From the NCBI GenBank assembly GCA_963728475.1, contig CAVSKL010000002.1, positions 558,365-622,364 on the forward strand: DNA of 64,000 nt. Direction: 5' to 3'. The DNA comes from Candidatus Eiseniibacteriota bacterium. GTDB lineage: Bacteria; Eisenbacteria; RBG-16-71-46; JABDJR01. Below are positions 10,949 to 20,371 of the stretch, in pieces. The notes under the pieces were generated by a model. That model was not told where the DNA came from. It made no database searches and worked only from the letters and a program-made list of their open reading frames with translations. The translations under genes were made by a program, and so were the position numbers. Numbering within the stretch: the first letter of the stretch is position 1; each line of letters opens with the position of its first letter.

Positions 10949-11647
10949 GTGGTTGAATCTCTCCCCATGACCGGGACGCTCTTGGGCGACGACCGCGCGC
11001 TGGTGGGGCTGTCGTTCCTGTGGATCGGGGTGGTGATCGTGGTGGGGGAGGGGACGCGGCGCGTGTTCCGGCTCCCCCCCGAGGTGACCCGCAAGGTGGT
11101 GCACGTGGGGGTGGGGTTCTGGGCGTTGCCCACCGCCCTCTACTTCCGTTCCACCTGGCTCGCCGCCCTCTGCCCTCTGGTGTTCGTGTTCCTGAACGCC
11201 CTCTCCTACCGGTTCCGCCTGATGGAGGTGATCGAGGAGGAGGGGCGGGGGAGCCCCGGCACCATCTACTTCCCCCTCTCCTTCGCCGCCCTCATCCTTC
11301 TCCTGTGGCCGTTCGGAGCCCGCGCCGCCATGGTGGCCGGGCTCTTCGCCATGGGGTTCGGGGACGCCGCCGCCTCGGTGGTGGGCCGCCGGTTCGGACG
11401 CCGCCGCTATCGCACCGCCGCCGGCTCGAAATCGGGGGAGGGGAGCGCGGCCATGTTCGCCTTCTCGTTCGCCGCCATCCTGCTAGGGACCTATCCGCTC
11501 CTCTGGCGATGGATGTGGGGCCCCGCGCTGGGGGCCGCCGCCGCCGCCACCCTGGCCGAGGCGCCGGCCGGGCGCGGGCTGGACAACCTCACCGTCCCCG
11601 CGGCGGGGGCGCTGGTCTTCCTCGCGCTCCAGAGGATCGCCGGATGA
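10949..11647 (+). CDS. CTP-dependent prenol/phytol/dolichol kinase family membrane protein (SEC59/DGK1/VTE5)
   Basis: RKVVH, GDAAASVVG, KSGEGS, LDNLTVP; start may be 10967. Confidence 0.85.
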   Translation: MVESLPMTGTLLGDDRALVGLSFLWIGVVIVVGEGTRRVFRLPPEVTRKVVHVGVGFWALPTALYFRSTWLAALCPLVFVFLNALSYRFRLMEVIEEEGRGSPGTIYFPLSFAALILLLWPFGARAAMVAGLFAMGFGDAAASVVGRRFGRRRYRTAAGSKSGEGSAAMFAFSFAAILLGTYPLLWRWMWGPALGAAAAATLAEAPAGRGLDNLTVPAAGALVFLALQRIAG

Positions 11648-12654
11648 AGGTGTTCCTCACCGGGGGCACCGGTTACCTGGGCGAGCACGTGGCCCGGGCG
11701 CTTCTTGAGGCCGGCCACGAGGTCACCGCGCTGGCCCGCTCCCCGGAGCGCGGCGCGGCGCTCCGCGGCGGCGGGGCGACGGTGGTCCTGGGCGACCTCG
11801 AGGATTCCACCACCTGGGCCGAGGCCCTGGACGGGATGGAAGGGCTGGTCCACACCGCGGCGGTGGTGGAGAGCTGGAGCGCCGATCCCGAGCGCTTCGA
11901 CCGCATCAACGTCGTGGCCACCCTCGACCTCCTGGACCGGGCCCGGGCCTTCGGCATCCCCCGGGTGGTGGTGACGGGGACCCTGTTCGCCCTCGGGCCG
12001 TCCGCGCCCGGCGCGGTCCGGGACGAACACGCCCTCGATCTCGAACCCGGCGCCTGGAGCCGGGCCAACGACTACGTCCGCACCCGGACCGCGGTGTCGC
12101 GAAAGATCCGCGAGCGGCAGCGCCGGGGCGGCCCGGTGATGACCGCGATCCCCACCGTCCTCCTCGGTCCGGGACGCAGGACCCGCGGCAACCACACCGC
12201 CCGCGTTCTGGACGAGATCGGACGCCGGCGCTTTCCGGGGCTGGTGGGGAGCGGGGCCCAGGTCTGGAACCTGGTGCCGGTGGCGCGGGCGGCCCGGGGC
12301 CACGTGCTCGCCCTGGAGCGCGGCCGCCCCGGAGAGAACTACCTCCTGGGGGGCGAGAACTGGAGCGAGCGGAAGCTGGTCGAGGAAGCGGCGCGGGCGT
12401 TCGGGGTCCGCCCCCCTCTCACCCGGCTCGGCACCGGGGTCCCCCTGGCGGTGGGGGCGGCGTGCGAGCTGTGGGCGGGCCTCACCGGCCGCGCCCCTTA
12501 CCTCACCCGGGGGGAGGTCCGGCTCTACCGGGAGAACTGGGCGGTCTCCAGCGAGAAGGCGCGCCGGGAGCTGGGCTATGAGGCGGGGGGAGTGGATGCC
12601 GTCCTCGCCGAGACCGTCGCCTGGCTCCGGGACGAGGTCTGGCCGCGCCGATGA
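11644..12654 (+). CDS. NAD-dependent extended SDR, farnesol dehydrogenase (FLDH)/HpnA-like
   Basis: TGGTGYLG, HTAAVVESW, FALG, YVRTR, GHVLALERGRPGENYLLGGEN; ATGA overlaps with both neighbours. Confidence 0.85.
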   Translation: MKVFLTGGTGYLGEHVARALLEAGHEVTALARSPERGAALRGGGATVVLGDLEDSTTWAEALDGMEGLVHTAAVVESWSADPERFDRINVVATLDLLDRARAFGIPRVVVTGTLFALGPSAPGAVRDEHALDLEPGAWSRANDYVRTRTAVSRKIRERQRRGGPVMTAIPTVLLGPGRRTRGNHTARVLDEIGRRRFPGLVGSGAQVWNLVPVARAARGHVLALERGRPGENYLLGGENWSERKLVEEAARAFGVRPPLTRLGTGVPLAVGAACELWAGLTGRAPYLTRGEVRLYRENWAVSSEKARRELGYEAGGVDAVLAETVAWLRDEVWPRR

Positions 12655-13382
12655 TCCCCCACGATCTTCACGCCCTGGCCCGGAACGCCCTCCCCGCTCT
12701 GCTGGTGAACCTGGTCTTCGCGGCGGCGGCGTTCCTGGGCGGGGGAGTCCGCTTCTCCGGGGTGGTGGGGGGGCTGGCGGTGGGGGTCCCGATCTACCTC
12801 GGCCTGGGTTGGCGTGGATTCCTGGTGCTCCTGGTCTTCTTCGTGATCGGGACCGGGCTCACCCGCCTGGGTTACTCCCGGAAGGAGGCGATGGGGGTGG
12901 CCGAGGCCGGCCGGGGACGCCGCGGGGCCAGCCACGCCTTCGCCAACGTGGGGGTGGCCGCCCTCTGCGCGGCCGGGGCCTGGAGCCTCGGGTCGACGCT
13001 CTTGGCCGTCGCCTTCACCGCGGCGCTGGCCACCGCGGCCATGGACACCGCGGGCTCGGAGGTGGGGCCGCTCTGGGGACGGCGGACGATCTCGCTCCGG
13101 AACCTCCGGCGGGTGCCTCCCGGCACCGAGGGGGCGGTCTCGCTGGAGGGAACCGCGGCGGGGCTGGCGGCGGCGGCGCTGGTGGCGGCGGGCGCGATTC
13201 TCCCCGGACTGATACCGCTCTCCGCCCTGGCCGCGGTGGTGGCCGCGGCCTGGATCGGGAACCTCTACGAGGGGATCCTGGGCTCCCGCCGGCTCCTGCC
13301 TCATGCCTGGCTCAACGCCACCAACACCCTGGTGGGGGCGGCGGTGGCGGCCGCGCTCTCCGCCGGTTTCCCGGGGAAGTGA
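12651..13382 (+). CDS. DUF92 (COG1836/TMEM19/VTE6-like) membrane protein
   Basis: GRRGASHAFAN, AMDTAGSEVG, VPPGTEGAVSLEGT, NATNT. Confidence 0.9.
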   Translation: MIPHDLHALARNALPALLVNLVFAAAAFLGGGVRFSGVVGGLAVGVPIYLGLGWRGFLVLLVFFVIGTGLTRLGYSRKEAMGVAEAGRGRRGASHAFANVGVAALCAAGAWSLGSTLLAVAFTAALATAAMDTAGSEVGPLWGRRTISLRNLRRVPPGTEGAVSLEGTAAGLAAAALVAAGAILPGLIPLSALAAVVAAAWIGNLYEGILGSRRLLPHAWLNATNTLVGAAVAAALSAGFPGK

Positions 13383-13438
13383 CCGGGCCGCCGCCCTAAG
13401 TCCGCCCCGTTCCCTGCCGAAACCAGGACGACTGAGCT

Positions 13439-13467
13439 TTGACCCCCCGGGAATCCGGGGGTAAACT
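13439..13467 (+). promoter_or_regulatory. Putative sigma70 promoter of the nucleotide-sugar operon, inside a long inverted repeat
   Basis: TTGACC-N17-TAAACT within an imperfect palindrome at 13424-13477. Confidence 0.55.
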
Positions 13468-13505
13468 CAGTCCCCTGCTTCCGCCCTTTCCAAGGAGATC
13501 CTGAG

Positions 13506-14798
13506 GTGCTCACCGAGAAATTCAAGAACAAGAGCGCGCGCCTGGGGGTGATCGGTCTGGGTTACGTGGGCCTGCCGCTGGCCGTCGAGTACGCTCGCGC
13601 CGGGTTCCGGGTGACCGGGTTCGACGTGTCGGCCGAGAAGGTGGACGGGATCAACGCGGGCCGGTCCCACGTCAAGGACGTGCCCACCGAGGTCCTGGCC
13701 GGTTACGTCAAGGAAGGACTGATCCGGGCCACCACCGAGTTCACGGAGCTCGCCCGGATGGATTCGGTCAACATTTGCGTGCCTACCCCGCTCCGCAAGA
13801 CCCGCGACCCCGACGTGTCCTACATCGTGTCGGCGGTGGAGGAGATCGCCCGGTACCTCCACCAGGACATGCTGGTGATCCTGGAGAGCACCACCTATCC
13901 CGGGACCACCGAGGAGCTGATCCTGCCCATGCTCGAGGCCTCCGGCCTCCGGGTGGGGGAGGACTTCTTCCTCGGCTTCTCGCCGGAGCGGGTGGACCCG
14001 GGCAACCAGAACTACACCACCCGCAACATCCCCAAGGTGGTGGGCGGGGTGACCCCGGCCTGCACCGAGACCGCGGCCCAGCTCTACGCCAGCACCCTGG
14101 AGACGGTGGTCCCGGTGACCTCCACCCGGGTGGCGGAGATGGTGAAGCTGCTCGAGAACACCTTCCGCTCGGTGAACATCGGGCTGGTGAACGAGCTGGC
14201 GCTCATGTGCGACAGCATGGGGATCGACGTGTGGGAGGTGATCCGCGCCGCCTCCACCAAGCCCTTCGGGTTCATGCCGTTCTATCCCGGCCCGGGCCTG
14301 GGCGGCCACTGCATTCCCATCGACCCGTTCTACCTGTCCTGGAAGGCCCGCCAGGTCGGCTTCGAGGCCCGCTTCATCGAGCTGGCCGGGCTCATCAACT
14401 CCTACATGCCGCAGCACGTGGTCCAGAAGTCGATCCAGGCCCTGAACGACCGCGCCAAGGCCATGAAGGGAGCCCGCATCCTGATTCTGGGAGTGGCCTA
14501 CAAGGCGGACATCGACGACGTGCGGGAGTCGCCCGCCATCGATGTGATCAACCGGCTCAGGGGGATGCAGGCCGAGGTGGCGTTCCACGATCCGTTCGTG
14601 GCCGACCTCACCCACGAGGGGATCGACCTGAGTTCGGTGGAGCTCAGCGACCGGCGCCTGGCCGAGAGCGACCTGGTGCTGATCATCACGCCTCACGCCA
14701 CCTTCGACTACGAGCGCATCCTGGAGAAATCGCCGCTCATCCTGGATACCCGGAACGCGTACCCGGGCCGGACGTCGCCCAAGATCTGGAGACTCTAG
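13506..14798 (+). CDS. UDP-N-acetyl-hexosamine/UDP-glucose 6-dehydrogenase (WbpA/WecC-like)
   Basis: GLGYVGLP, ICVPTP, ESTTYPGTT, KLLENTFR, PGLGGHC, RESP. Confidence 0.93.
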   Translation: MLTEKFKNKSARLGVIGLGYVGLPLAVEYARAGFRVTGFDVSAEKVDGINAGRSHVKDVPTEVLAGYVKEGLIRATTEFTELARMDSVNICVPTPLRKTRDPDVSYIVSAVEEIARYLHQDMLVILESTTYPGTTEELILPMLEASGLRVGEDFFLGFSPERVDPGNQNYTTRNIPKVVGGVTPACTETAAQLYASTLETVVPVTSTRVAEMVKLLENTFRSVNIGLVNELALMCDSMGIDVWEVIRAASTKPFGFMPFYPGPGLGGHCIPIDPFYLSWKARQVGFEARFIELAGLINSYMPQHVVQKSIQALNDRAKAMKGARILILGVAYKADIDDVRESPAIDVINRLRGMQAEVAFHDPFVADLTHEGIDLSSVELSDRRLAESDLVLIITPHATFDYERILEKSPLILDTRNAYPGRTSPKIWRL

Positions 14799-14800
14799 CC

Positions 14801-15763
14801 GTGCCCCACTACCTGGTCACCGGCGGAGGCGGCTTCATCGGCTCCCACCTGGTGGAGCGCCTCCTCACCGACGGCCATCGGGTGCGGGTCCTGGACGATT
14901 TCTCCACCGGCCGGCGCTCCAATATCGAGGCGGTCCGGCACGCCGGTTCCGACCGGCTCCACGTCTCCACCGGGGACATCCGCGACCCCAAGGTGGTGGG
15001 GGAGGCGGTGGCGGGGACCGACGGGGTGTTCCACCTCGCCGCCCTCGGCTCGGTGCCGCGCTCGATCTGCCATCCCCAGGAAACCCACGCCGTCAACGCC
15101 ACCGGCACCCTCAACGTGCTGGTGGCGGCGCGGGACGCCGAGGTCAAGCGGGTGCTGTTCGCGGGGTCCTCCAGCGTGTTCGGGGCGCTGGAGGAGCTGC
15201 CCAAGCGCGAAGATCATCCCACCCGGCCCATCTCTCCCTACGGCCTCACCAAGCTCATGGGCGAGCACTATCTCCGCCTCTTCCACGAACTCTACGGGCT
15301 GGAGACGGTGACCCTGCGCTACTACAACGTGTTCGGCCCGCGCCAGAATCCCAAGAGCCGGTACGCGGCGGTCATCCCCATCTTCATCTCCCGGATCATG
15401 CACGGCGAAGCCCCGCAGGTGGACGGGGACGGCGGGCAGACCCGCGACTTCACCTACGTGGAGAACGTGGTCGAGGCGAATCTGCTGGCCATGCACGCCC
15501 CCGCGGAGCGGGTGGCGGGACAGGTGATCAACGTCGCCGCCGGGGGCCGCCACTCGCTGAACGAACTCATCCAGCGGGTGGGGGAGATCCTGGGGGTGGC
15601 GCCGGCGCCGGAGTACGGGCCGCCCCGCGAGGGGGACATCCGGGACTCCCAGGCCGACATCGCGCTGGCCCGGCGGGTGCTGGGCTTCGAGCCCTCGATC
15701 AGCTTCGCGGAAGGATTGAAGCGCACGGTGGCGTACTTCAAGGAGAGCGGCGAAGCCGCCTGA
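14801..15763 (+). CDS. NAD-dependent UDP-GlcNAc(A) 4-epimerase (WbpP-like)
   Basis: TGGGGFIGS, AALGSVPRS, YGLTK, RYYNVFGPRQ, TRDFTYV; GTG start 2 bp after the upstream stop. Confidence 0.9.
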   Translation: MPHYLVTGGGGFIGSHLVERLLTDGHRVRVLDDFSTGRRSNIEAVRHAGSDRLHVSTGDIRDPKVVGEAVAGTDGVFHLAALGSVPRSICHPQETHAVNATGTLNVLVAARDAEVKRVLFAGSSSVFGALEELPKREDHPTRPISPYGLTKLMGEHYLRLFHELYGLETVTLRYYNVFGPRQNPKSRYAAVIPIFISRIMHGEAPQVDGDGGQTRDFTYVENVVEANLLAMHAPAERVAGQVINVAAGGRHSLNELIQRVGEILGVAPAPEYGPPREGDIRDSQADIALARRVLGFEPSISFAEGLKRTVAYFKESGEAA

Positions 15764-15808
15764 ACCAGCCGGCACGGGAGCGCCCGGCGCCGGAACGAGG
15801 AGGGGGAG

Positions 15809-16861
15809 ATGGCCGAGCGCGGCAAGATCCTGGTCACCGGAGGCGCCGGCTTCATCGGCTCGCACGTGGCGGAGATCATGGCCGGCGACGGCCACCCGGT
15901 GACCGTGCTCGACAACCTCAGCCGGGCCCGGCTGCTGAAGAAGGACGACCGGAACGCCCGCCACAACTGGGATCACCTCGCCGGCCTCGGCAACGTGACG
16001 TTGCTGGAGGCGGACGTGCGGAACTTCGACGCGGTGCGCGCCGCCGCCGAGGACGCCGAGGTCGTGTTCCACACCGCCGCCCAGACCGCGGTCACCACCT
16101 CGGTCACCGACCCCCGCCAGGATTTCGAGAACAACGTCGTCGGCACCTTCAACGTGCTGGAGGCGGCGCGGGCCCAGCGGCGCCGCCCGGCGGTGGTGTT
16201 TTGCTCCACCAACAAGGTGTTCGGCGAGAACGTGAACGCGCTGCCGCTGGTGGAGGAGGCGAGCCGATGGGCCTTCGCGCCCGGGCACGCCTCCGGCATC
16301 GCCGAGACCTTCCCGGTGGACCGCTGCGAGCACACCCCCTACGGCTGCTCCAAGCTCACCGGCGATCTCTACGCGCAGGACTACGCCCGCCTCTACGGGA
16401 TCAAGACCGGGGTGTTCCGCATGTCGTGCATCTACGGCACCCGGCAGTTCGGGATGGAGGACCAGGGTTGGGTGGCCTGGTTCGTGATCGCCGCGCTCAC
16501 CGGCAAGCCCCTCACCGTGTTCGGGGACGGGAAGCAGGTGCGCGACCTCCTGTGGGTGGACGACCTGGTGGCCGCTTACCGGGCCTTCCTGGGATCGGAC
16601 CGGCCGCACGGGGTCTACAACATGGGAGGCGGCCCCGAGTTCACCCTCTCGCTCCGGGAGCTCCTCGCCCAGCTCGGGGACCATCTCGGAGCCGCGGTCC
16701 CCGCCACCTTCGCCGACTGGCGCCCCAGCGACCAGAAGGTCTACGTCTCCGACATCTCCAAGGCCCGCTCCGAGCTGGGCTGGGCCCCCCGGGTCTCCCC
16801 CCGGGAGGGCGTGGACCGCCTCATCGCCTGGGTCGACGCCAACCGGGCGCTGTTCGCCTGA
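15809..16861 (+). CDS. CDP-paratose 2-epimerase (RfbE)-like NAD-dependent epimerase
   Basis: AQTAVTTS, STNKV, YGCSK, FRMSCIYG, EDQGWVAWF, WRPSDQ. Confidence 0.88.
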   Translation: MAERGKILVTGGAGFIGSHVAEIMAGDGHPVTVLDNLSRARLLKKDDRNARHNWDHLAGLGNVTLLEADVRNFDAVRAAAEDAEVVFHTAAQTAVTTSVTDPRQDFENNVVGTFNVLEAARAQRRRPAVVFCSTNKVFGENVNALPLVEEASRWAFAPGHASGIAETFPVDRCEHTPYGCSKLTGDLYAQDYARLYGIKTGVFRMSCIYGTRQFGMEDQGWVAWFVIAALTGKPLTVFGDGKQVRDLLWVDDLVAAYRAFLGSDRPHGVYNMGGGPEFTLSLRELLAQLGDHLGAAVPATFADWRPSDQKVYVSDISKARSELGWAPRVSPREGVDRLIAWVDANRALFA

Positions 16862-17002
16862 TTCCCCGTCCCCGGCCCGGTTGACCCCCGGCCCCGCCCG
16901 CATCGTGCAACCTGCACGATGGGCGGGCCAACTCCCCCCCGGATCCGGTTTCCGCTCAATCCCCGGCCTCCCCGGTCGAAAACTGGACCGAGGAGGAATC
17001 CG

Positions 17003-18835
17003 TTGGAGAGCAGTCTTTTCCCACTCCATGGCCGGGAACCGTCCCCGATCGAATCCGTCCGCCGGGAACTGGCGGGGCGGATCGACGACCTGCGGGGGCT
17101 GGGCATCCTCCCCGCGGGGACCGACCTCCCCGATCTGGACGGGGAGGAAGCGCTGCTGCCGCTGGCCCTCTCCCTGGTGGACGTGCTCGAGAACACCCAG
17201 CGGCGGGTGATCGAGACCTCGATCCAACTCCTCTCCATGCGGGAGCTGGTGGCCAAGCTGCTGAGCCTGCGCACCCCCGAGGAGGTGGCGGAGACCGTCA
17301 CCCTCTACCTCCACAAGGCGTTCGATCACGAGCGGGTGATGGTGGGGGTCTATGACCCCTCCCGGGAGGCTCTGGAGGGCTGGGCCGCGGTGCGCAACGG
17401 CACCAGCTTCTGCCGCCCCTTCACCCTGGAAGGGCGCTGGGACGGCATGGTGCGCCGCGCGGTGGAAGGGGGGGTGCCGCTGGCGGGGCCTCGGAGCGGG
17501 GAGGACACCCCCTTCGTGAGCGGTCCCGCGCTTCCGCCCGAACTGGCCCCCTTCGGACCCGGCGAGGTCGGGCCCTATCTCATCTTTCCCCTCACCGGGC
17601 GGGGGCAGAAGCACCACAAAGTGGTGGGGATCCTGGCGGTGGCCCGCCGCCCCGGGCTTCCCGAGCCCTCGGGAATGGACAGCGCGCTCCTGGAGTCCGT
17701 GGTGGAGGCGGTGGGGACCGCCATGGAGAACGTGATCCTGGAGGAGGACGTGCGGCGGGAGCAGGCCTTCCGCGAGGACATCATGCGGAGCATGACCTCG
17801 GGGCTGTTGGCGGTGGACCTCCTGGGCCGGGTCCTGACCCTCAACGGCGGGGCGGAACGGCTCACCGGCTACGGCCTGGTGGACCTCCGCGGCCGCGACA
17901 CCTCCTGCTTCGACCCCCCCGGGGGCGGGCTCACCGAGCTTCTGCGCAAGACCCTGCGCATCCGCCGGGGCATCCTCCGGGTGGAGCGCGCGGTGCGCCG
18001 CGCCGACGGAGGCGCGTTCCCCGCCGCCTGCGTCACCAACCTGCTCCGCAACCCGGCGGGCGAGGTCTACGGCGCGGTGGCGACCTTCGAGGACCTGACC
18101 GAGATCAAGGGGATGGAGGAGCGGATCCGGTCGCTGGACCGGCTGGCCGCGCTGGGGCGCTTCACCGCGGGCATCGCCCACGAGATCCGCAACCCGCTTA
18201 CCGGGATCGGGACCGGCGCCCAGTACCTGAAGCGGCATCTCGGCGACGATCCCGACCAGCGCGAGAACCTCGAATTCATTGAACGGGAGGTGCGGCGGCT
18301 GGACCGGATCGTGGAGGACCTGTTCCGGGTCACCCATCCCCAGCCGCTTCGCAAGACGCCCGAGGCCCCGCGGGGGCTGGTGGAGCGCGCGGTGCGGTCC
18401 CTGGGATCGGCGCCGGCGGAGAAGGAGGTGGAGGTCGTCCTCCACGTCCCCGAGAAGCTGCCGGCGGTGCCGGTGGATCCGGACCAGATCCAGCAGGTGC
18501 TCCTGAACCTGGTCAAGAACGCGGTGGAGGCCACCCCTTCCGGCGGGGAGGTGCGCGTCCACGCCTACGCGGGCCGCGACGCGCAACGTCCGGGACTGGT
18601 GTTCCAGGTGATGGATTCGGGCCCCGGGATCGATCCCGAGGCGCTCAACCACGTTTTCGAGCCCTTCTTCACCAAGGGCAAGGCCAACGGCACCGGCCTC
18701 GGCCTCTACGTCAGCCACGGCATCGTGGAGCGCCACGGCGGCGAACTCCATGCCGCCAACGCTCACGGCGGCGGCGCCGTGTTCACGGTGAAGCTTCCCC
18801 TCGACGCCTACGACGCAACGGAGATCACGGGATGA
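17003..18835 (+). CDS. GAF-PAS sensor histidine kinase
   Basis: HEIRNPL H-box, NLVKNA, DSGPG, FEPFFTKG, GTGLGL; in-frame TTG start follows an AGGAGG SD. Confidence 0.9.
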   Translation: MESSLFPLHGREPSPIESVRRELAGRIDDLRGLGILPAGTDLPDLDGEEALLPLALSLVDVLENTQRRVIETSIQLLSMRELVAKLLSLRTPEEVAETVTLYLHKAFDHERVMVGVYDPSREALEGWAAVRNGTSFCRPFTLEGRWDGMVRRAVEGGVPLAGPRSGEDTPFVSGPALPPELAPFGPGEVGPYLIFPLTGRGQKHHKVVGILAVARRPGLPEPSGMDSALLESVVEAVGTAMENVILEEDVRREQAFREDIMRSMTSGLLAVDLLGRVLTLNGGAERLTGYGLVDLRGRDTSCFDPPGGGLTELLRKTLRIRRGILRVERAVRRADGGAFPAACVTNLLRNPAGEVYGAVATFEDLTEIKGMEERIRSLDRLAALGRFTAGIAHEIRNPLTGIGTGAQYLKRHLGDDPDQRENLEFIEREVRRLDRIVEDLFRVTHPQPLRKTPEAPRGLVERAVRSLGSAPAEKEVEVVLHVPEKLPAVPVDPDQIQQVLLNLVKNAVEATPSGGEVRVHAYAGRDAQRPGLVFQVMDSGPGIDPEALNHVFEPFFTKGKANGTGLGLYVSHGIVERHGGELHAANAHGGGAVFTVKLPLDAYDATEITG

Positions 18836-20259
18836 CCAACGCTCACATTCTCATCGTGGACGACCAGGAGTCCATCCGGCACTTCATCGAGAAGGCGATG
18901 GTGGACGAGGGATACCAGGTCAGTACGGCGGGCGAGGGACGGGAAGGGCTGGCCGCGGTGGCCGCGGACATGCCCGACCTGGTGCTCCTGGACCTCCGGC
19001 TTCCGGACATGCACGGGCTCGACGTGCTGAAGAAGCTCAAGGACGACGACCCCGATCTCCAGGTCATCATCATGACCGCGTTCGGGGACGTGGAATCGGC
19101 GGTGCGGGCGATGAAGCTCGGCGCCCACGACTACGTGAACAAGCCGATCAACCTCGAGCAGCTCTTCATCACGGTGGACAAGGCGCTGGAGAGCCGGAAG
19201 CTGTGGCGGGAACTCAAGCATCTCCGCCGGCAGCAGTCGGACCGCTTTTCCCGCGACCTGGTGCGCGGGGAGAGCCCCCGCATGCGGGAGGTCTACGACA
19301 TCATCGAACAGGTGGCCAAGTCGGAATCCACCAGCGCCCTCATCCAGGGGGAGAGCGGGACCGGCAAGGAGCACCTGGCCAACATGGTGCACGAGCTCTC
19401 GGTCCGGCGCGAGAAGCCCTTCCTGGAGATCAACTGCGCCGCGATCCCCAAGGAACTCCTGGAGAGCGAACTCTTCGGGCACGAGAAAGGCGCCTTCACC
19501 GACGCCCGGACCCAGAAGCAGGGGCTCCTGGAGATGGCCAACGGCGGCACCCTCTTCCTGGACGAGGTGGGGGAGATGAGCCTCCAGATCCAGGTCAAGC
19601 TGCTGCGGGTGCTCGAGCGCATGACCTTCAAGCGGGTGGGCGGGACCAAGGACATCCAGGTCTCGGTGCGCATCATCAGCGCCACCAACCAGGACCTGCA
19701 GCGGATGTGCGAGGAGGGCCGGTTCCGCGAGGACCTCTATTACCGCCTCAAGGTGGTGCCGCTCCGGGTGCCCCCGCTCCGGGAGCGCCGCGAGGACATC
19801 CTGGTCCTGGCCAAGCATTTCCTGTACGGGTTCTCCCAGCAGTTCGGGAAGGCCTTCCAGGGGTTCAGCCCCGAGGCCGAGCAGGCGCTCCTGTCCTATC
19901 CCTGGCCTGGCAACATCCGCGAGCTCAAGAACCTCATGGAGCGGACGGTGCTGCTGGAAAGCGGATCCCGGGTGGAGGTGGAGATGCTGAAGCTCGGGAG
20001 CGGGCGCACCACCCGGGAGATCGATTCCCCGGTGGCGCGGCTGGAGCAGATCCTGGAGGAGCCCGGCCTTCCCGGTGAAGGGATCCCCTTCGAGGATCTC
20101 CTGGCCGAGATCGAGCAGGCGCTGATCGTGAAGGCGTCCGAGGCCAGCGGATGGAACCAGAGCCGCACCGCGGACCTGCTGAGGCTGAAGCGCGACAAGC
20201 TCCGCTACCGGATGAAGCTCTACAACATGAACCGGCCGGGCCGCCGCCAGGTGGCCTGA
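18832..20259 (+). CDS. Sigma54-dependent NtrC-family response regulator
   Basis: REC (DD...LLD...K), GESGTGKE, GAFTDA, FLDE, WPGNIREL, Fis-type HTH. Confidence 0.95.
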   Translation: MTNAHILIVDDQESIRHFIEKAMVDEGYQVSTAGEGREGLAAVAADMPDLVLLDLRLPDMHGLDVLKKLKDDDPDLQVIIMTAFGDVESAVRAMKLGAHDYVNKPINLEQLFITVDKALESRKLWRELKHLRRQQSDRFSRDLVRGESPRMREVYDIIEQVAKSESTSALIQGESGTGKEHLANMVHELSVRREKPFLEINCAAIPKELLESELFGHEKGAFTDARTQKQGLLEMANGGTLFLDEVGEMSLQIQVKLLRVLERMTFKRVGGTKDIQVSVRIISATNQDLQRMCEEGRFREDLYYRLKVVPLRVPPLRERREDILVLAKHFLYGFSQQFGKAFQGFSPEAEQALLSYPWPGNIRELKNLMERTVLLESGSRVEVEMLKLGSGRTTREIDSPVARLEQILEEPGLPGEGIPFEDLLAEIEQALIVKASEASGWNQSRTADLLRLKRDKLRYRMKLYNMNRPGRRQVA

Positions 20260-20371
20260 CCGCCGCCGATGCCGGTCCAATGCGCCGGAGGTCCCCGGGG
20301 GGCCTCCGGGGCGCCGGCTTCCCGGGCCCCGGTCCCTTGTCCCCGGGGCCCGCTTCCACTAGCCTCTCCCC

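Noticed and set aside
15764-15808. Sigma54 promoter (CGGCAC) before the RfbE-like gene
   Set aside because: No GC at the -12 position with the required spacing
14795-18766. Very long antisense or alternate-frame ORFs (also 44176-47997, 48385-51948, 37932-40817, 24044-26584)
   Set aside because: Shadow ORFs caused by high GC and few stop codons; they overlap well-supported genes and have no recognisable motifs
20285-20352. GC-rich tandem hairpins after the NtrC gene as REP or CRISPR repeats
   Set aside because: Not repeated elsewhere and no spacer periodicity; at most a terminator-like structure
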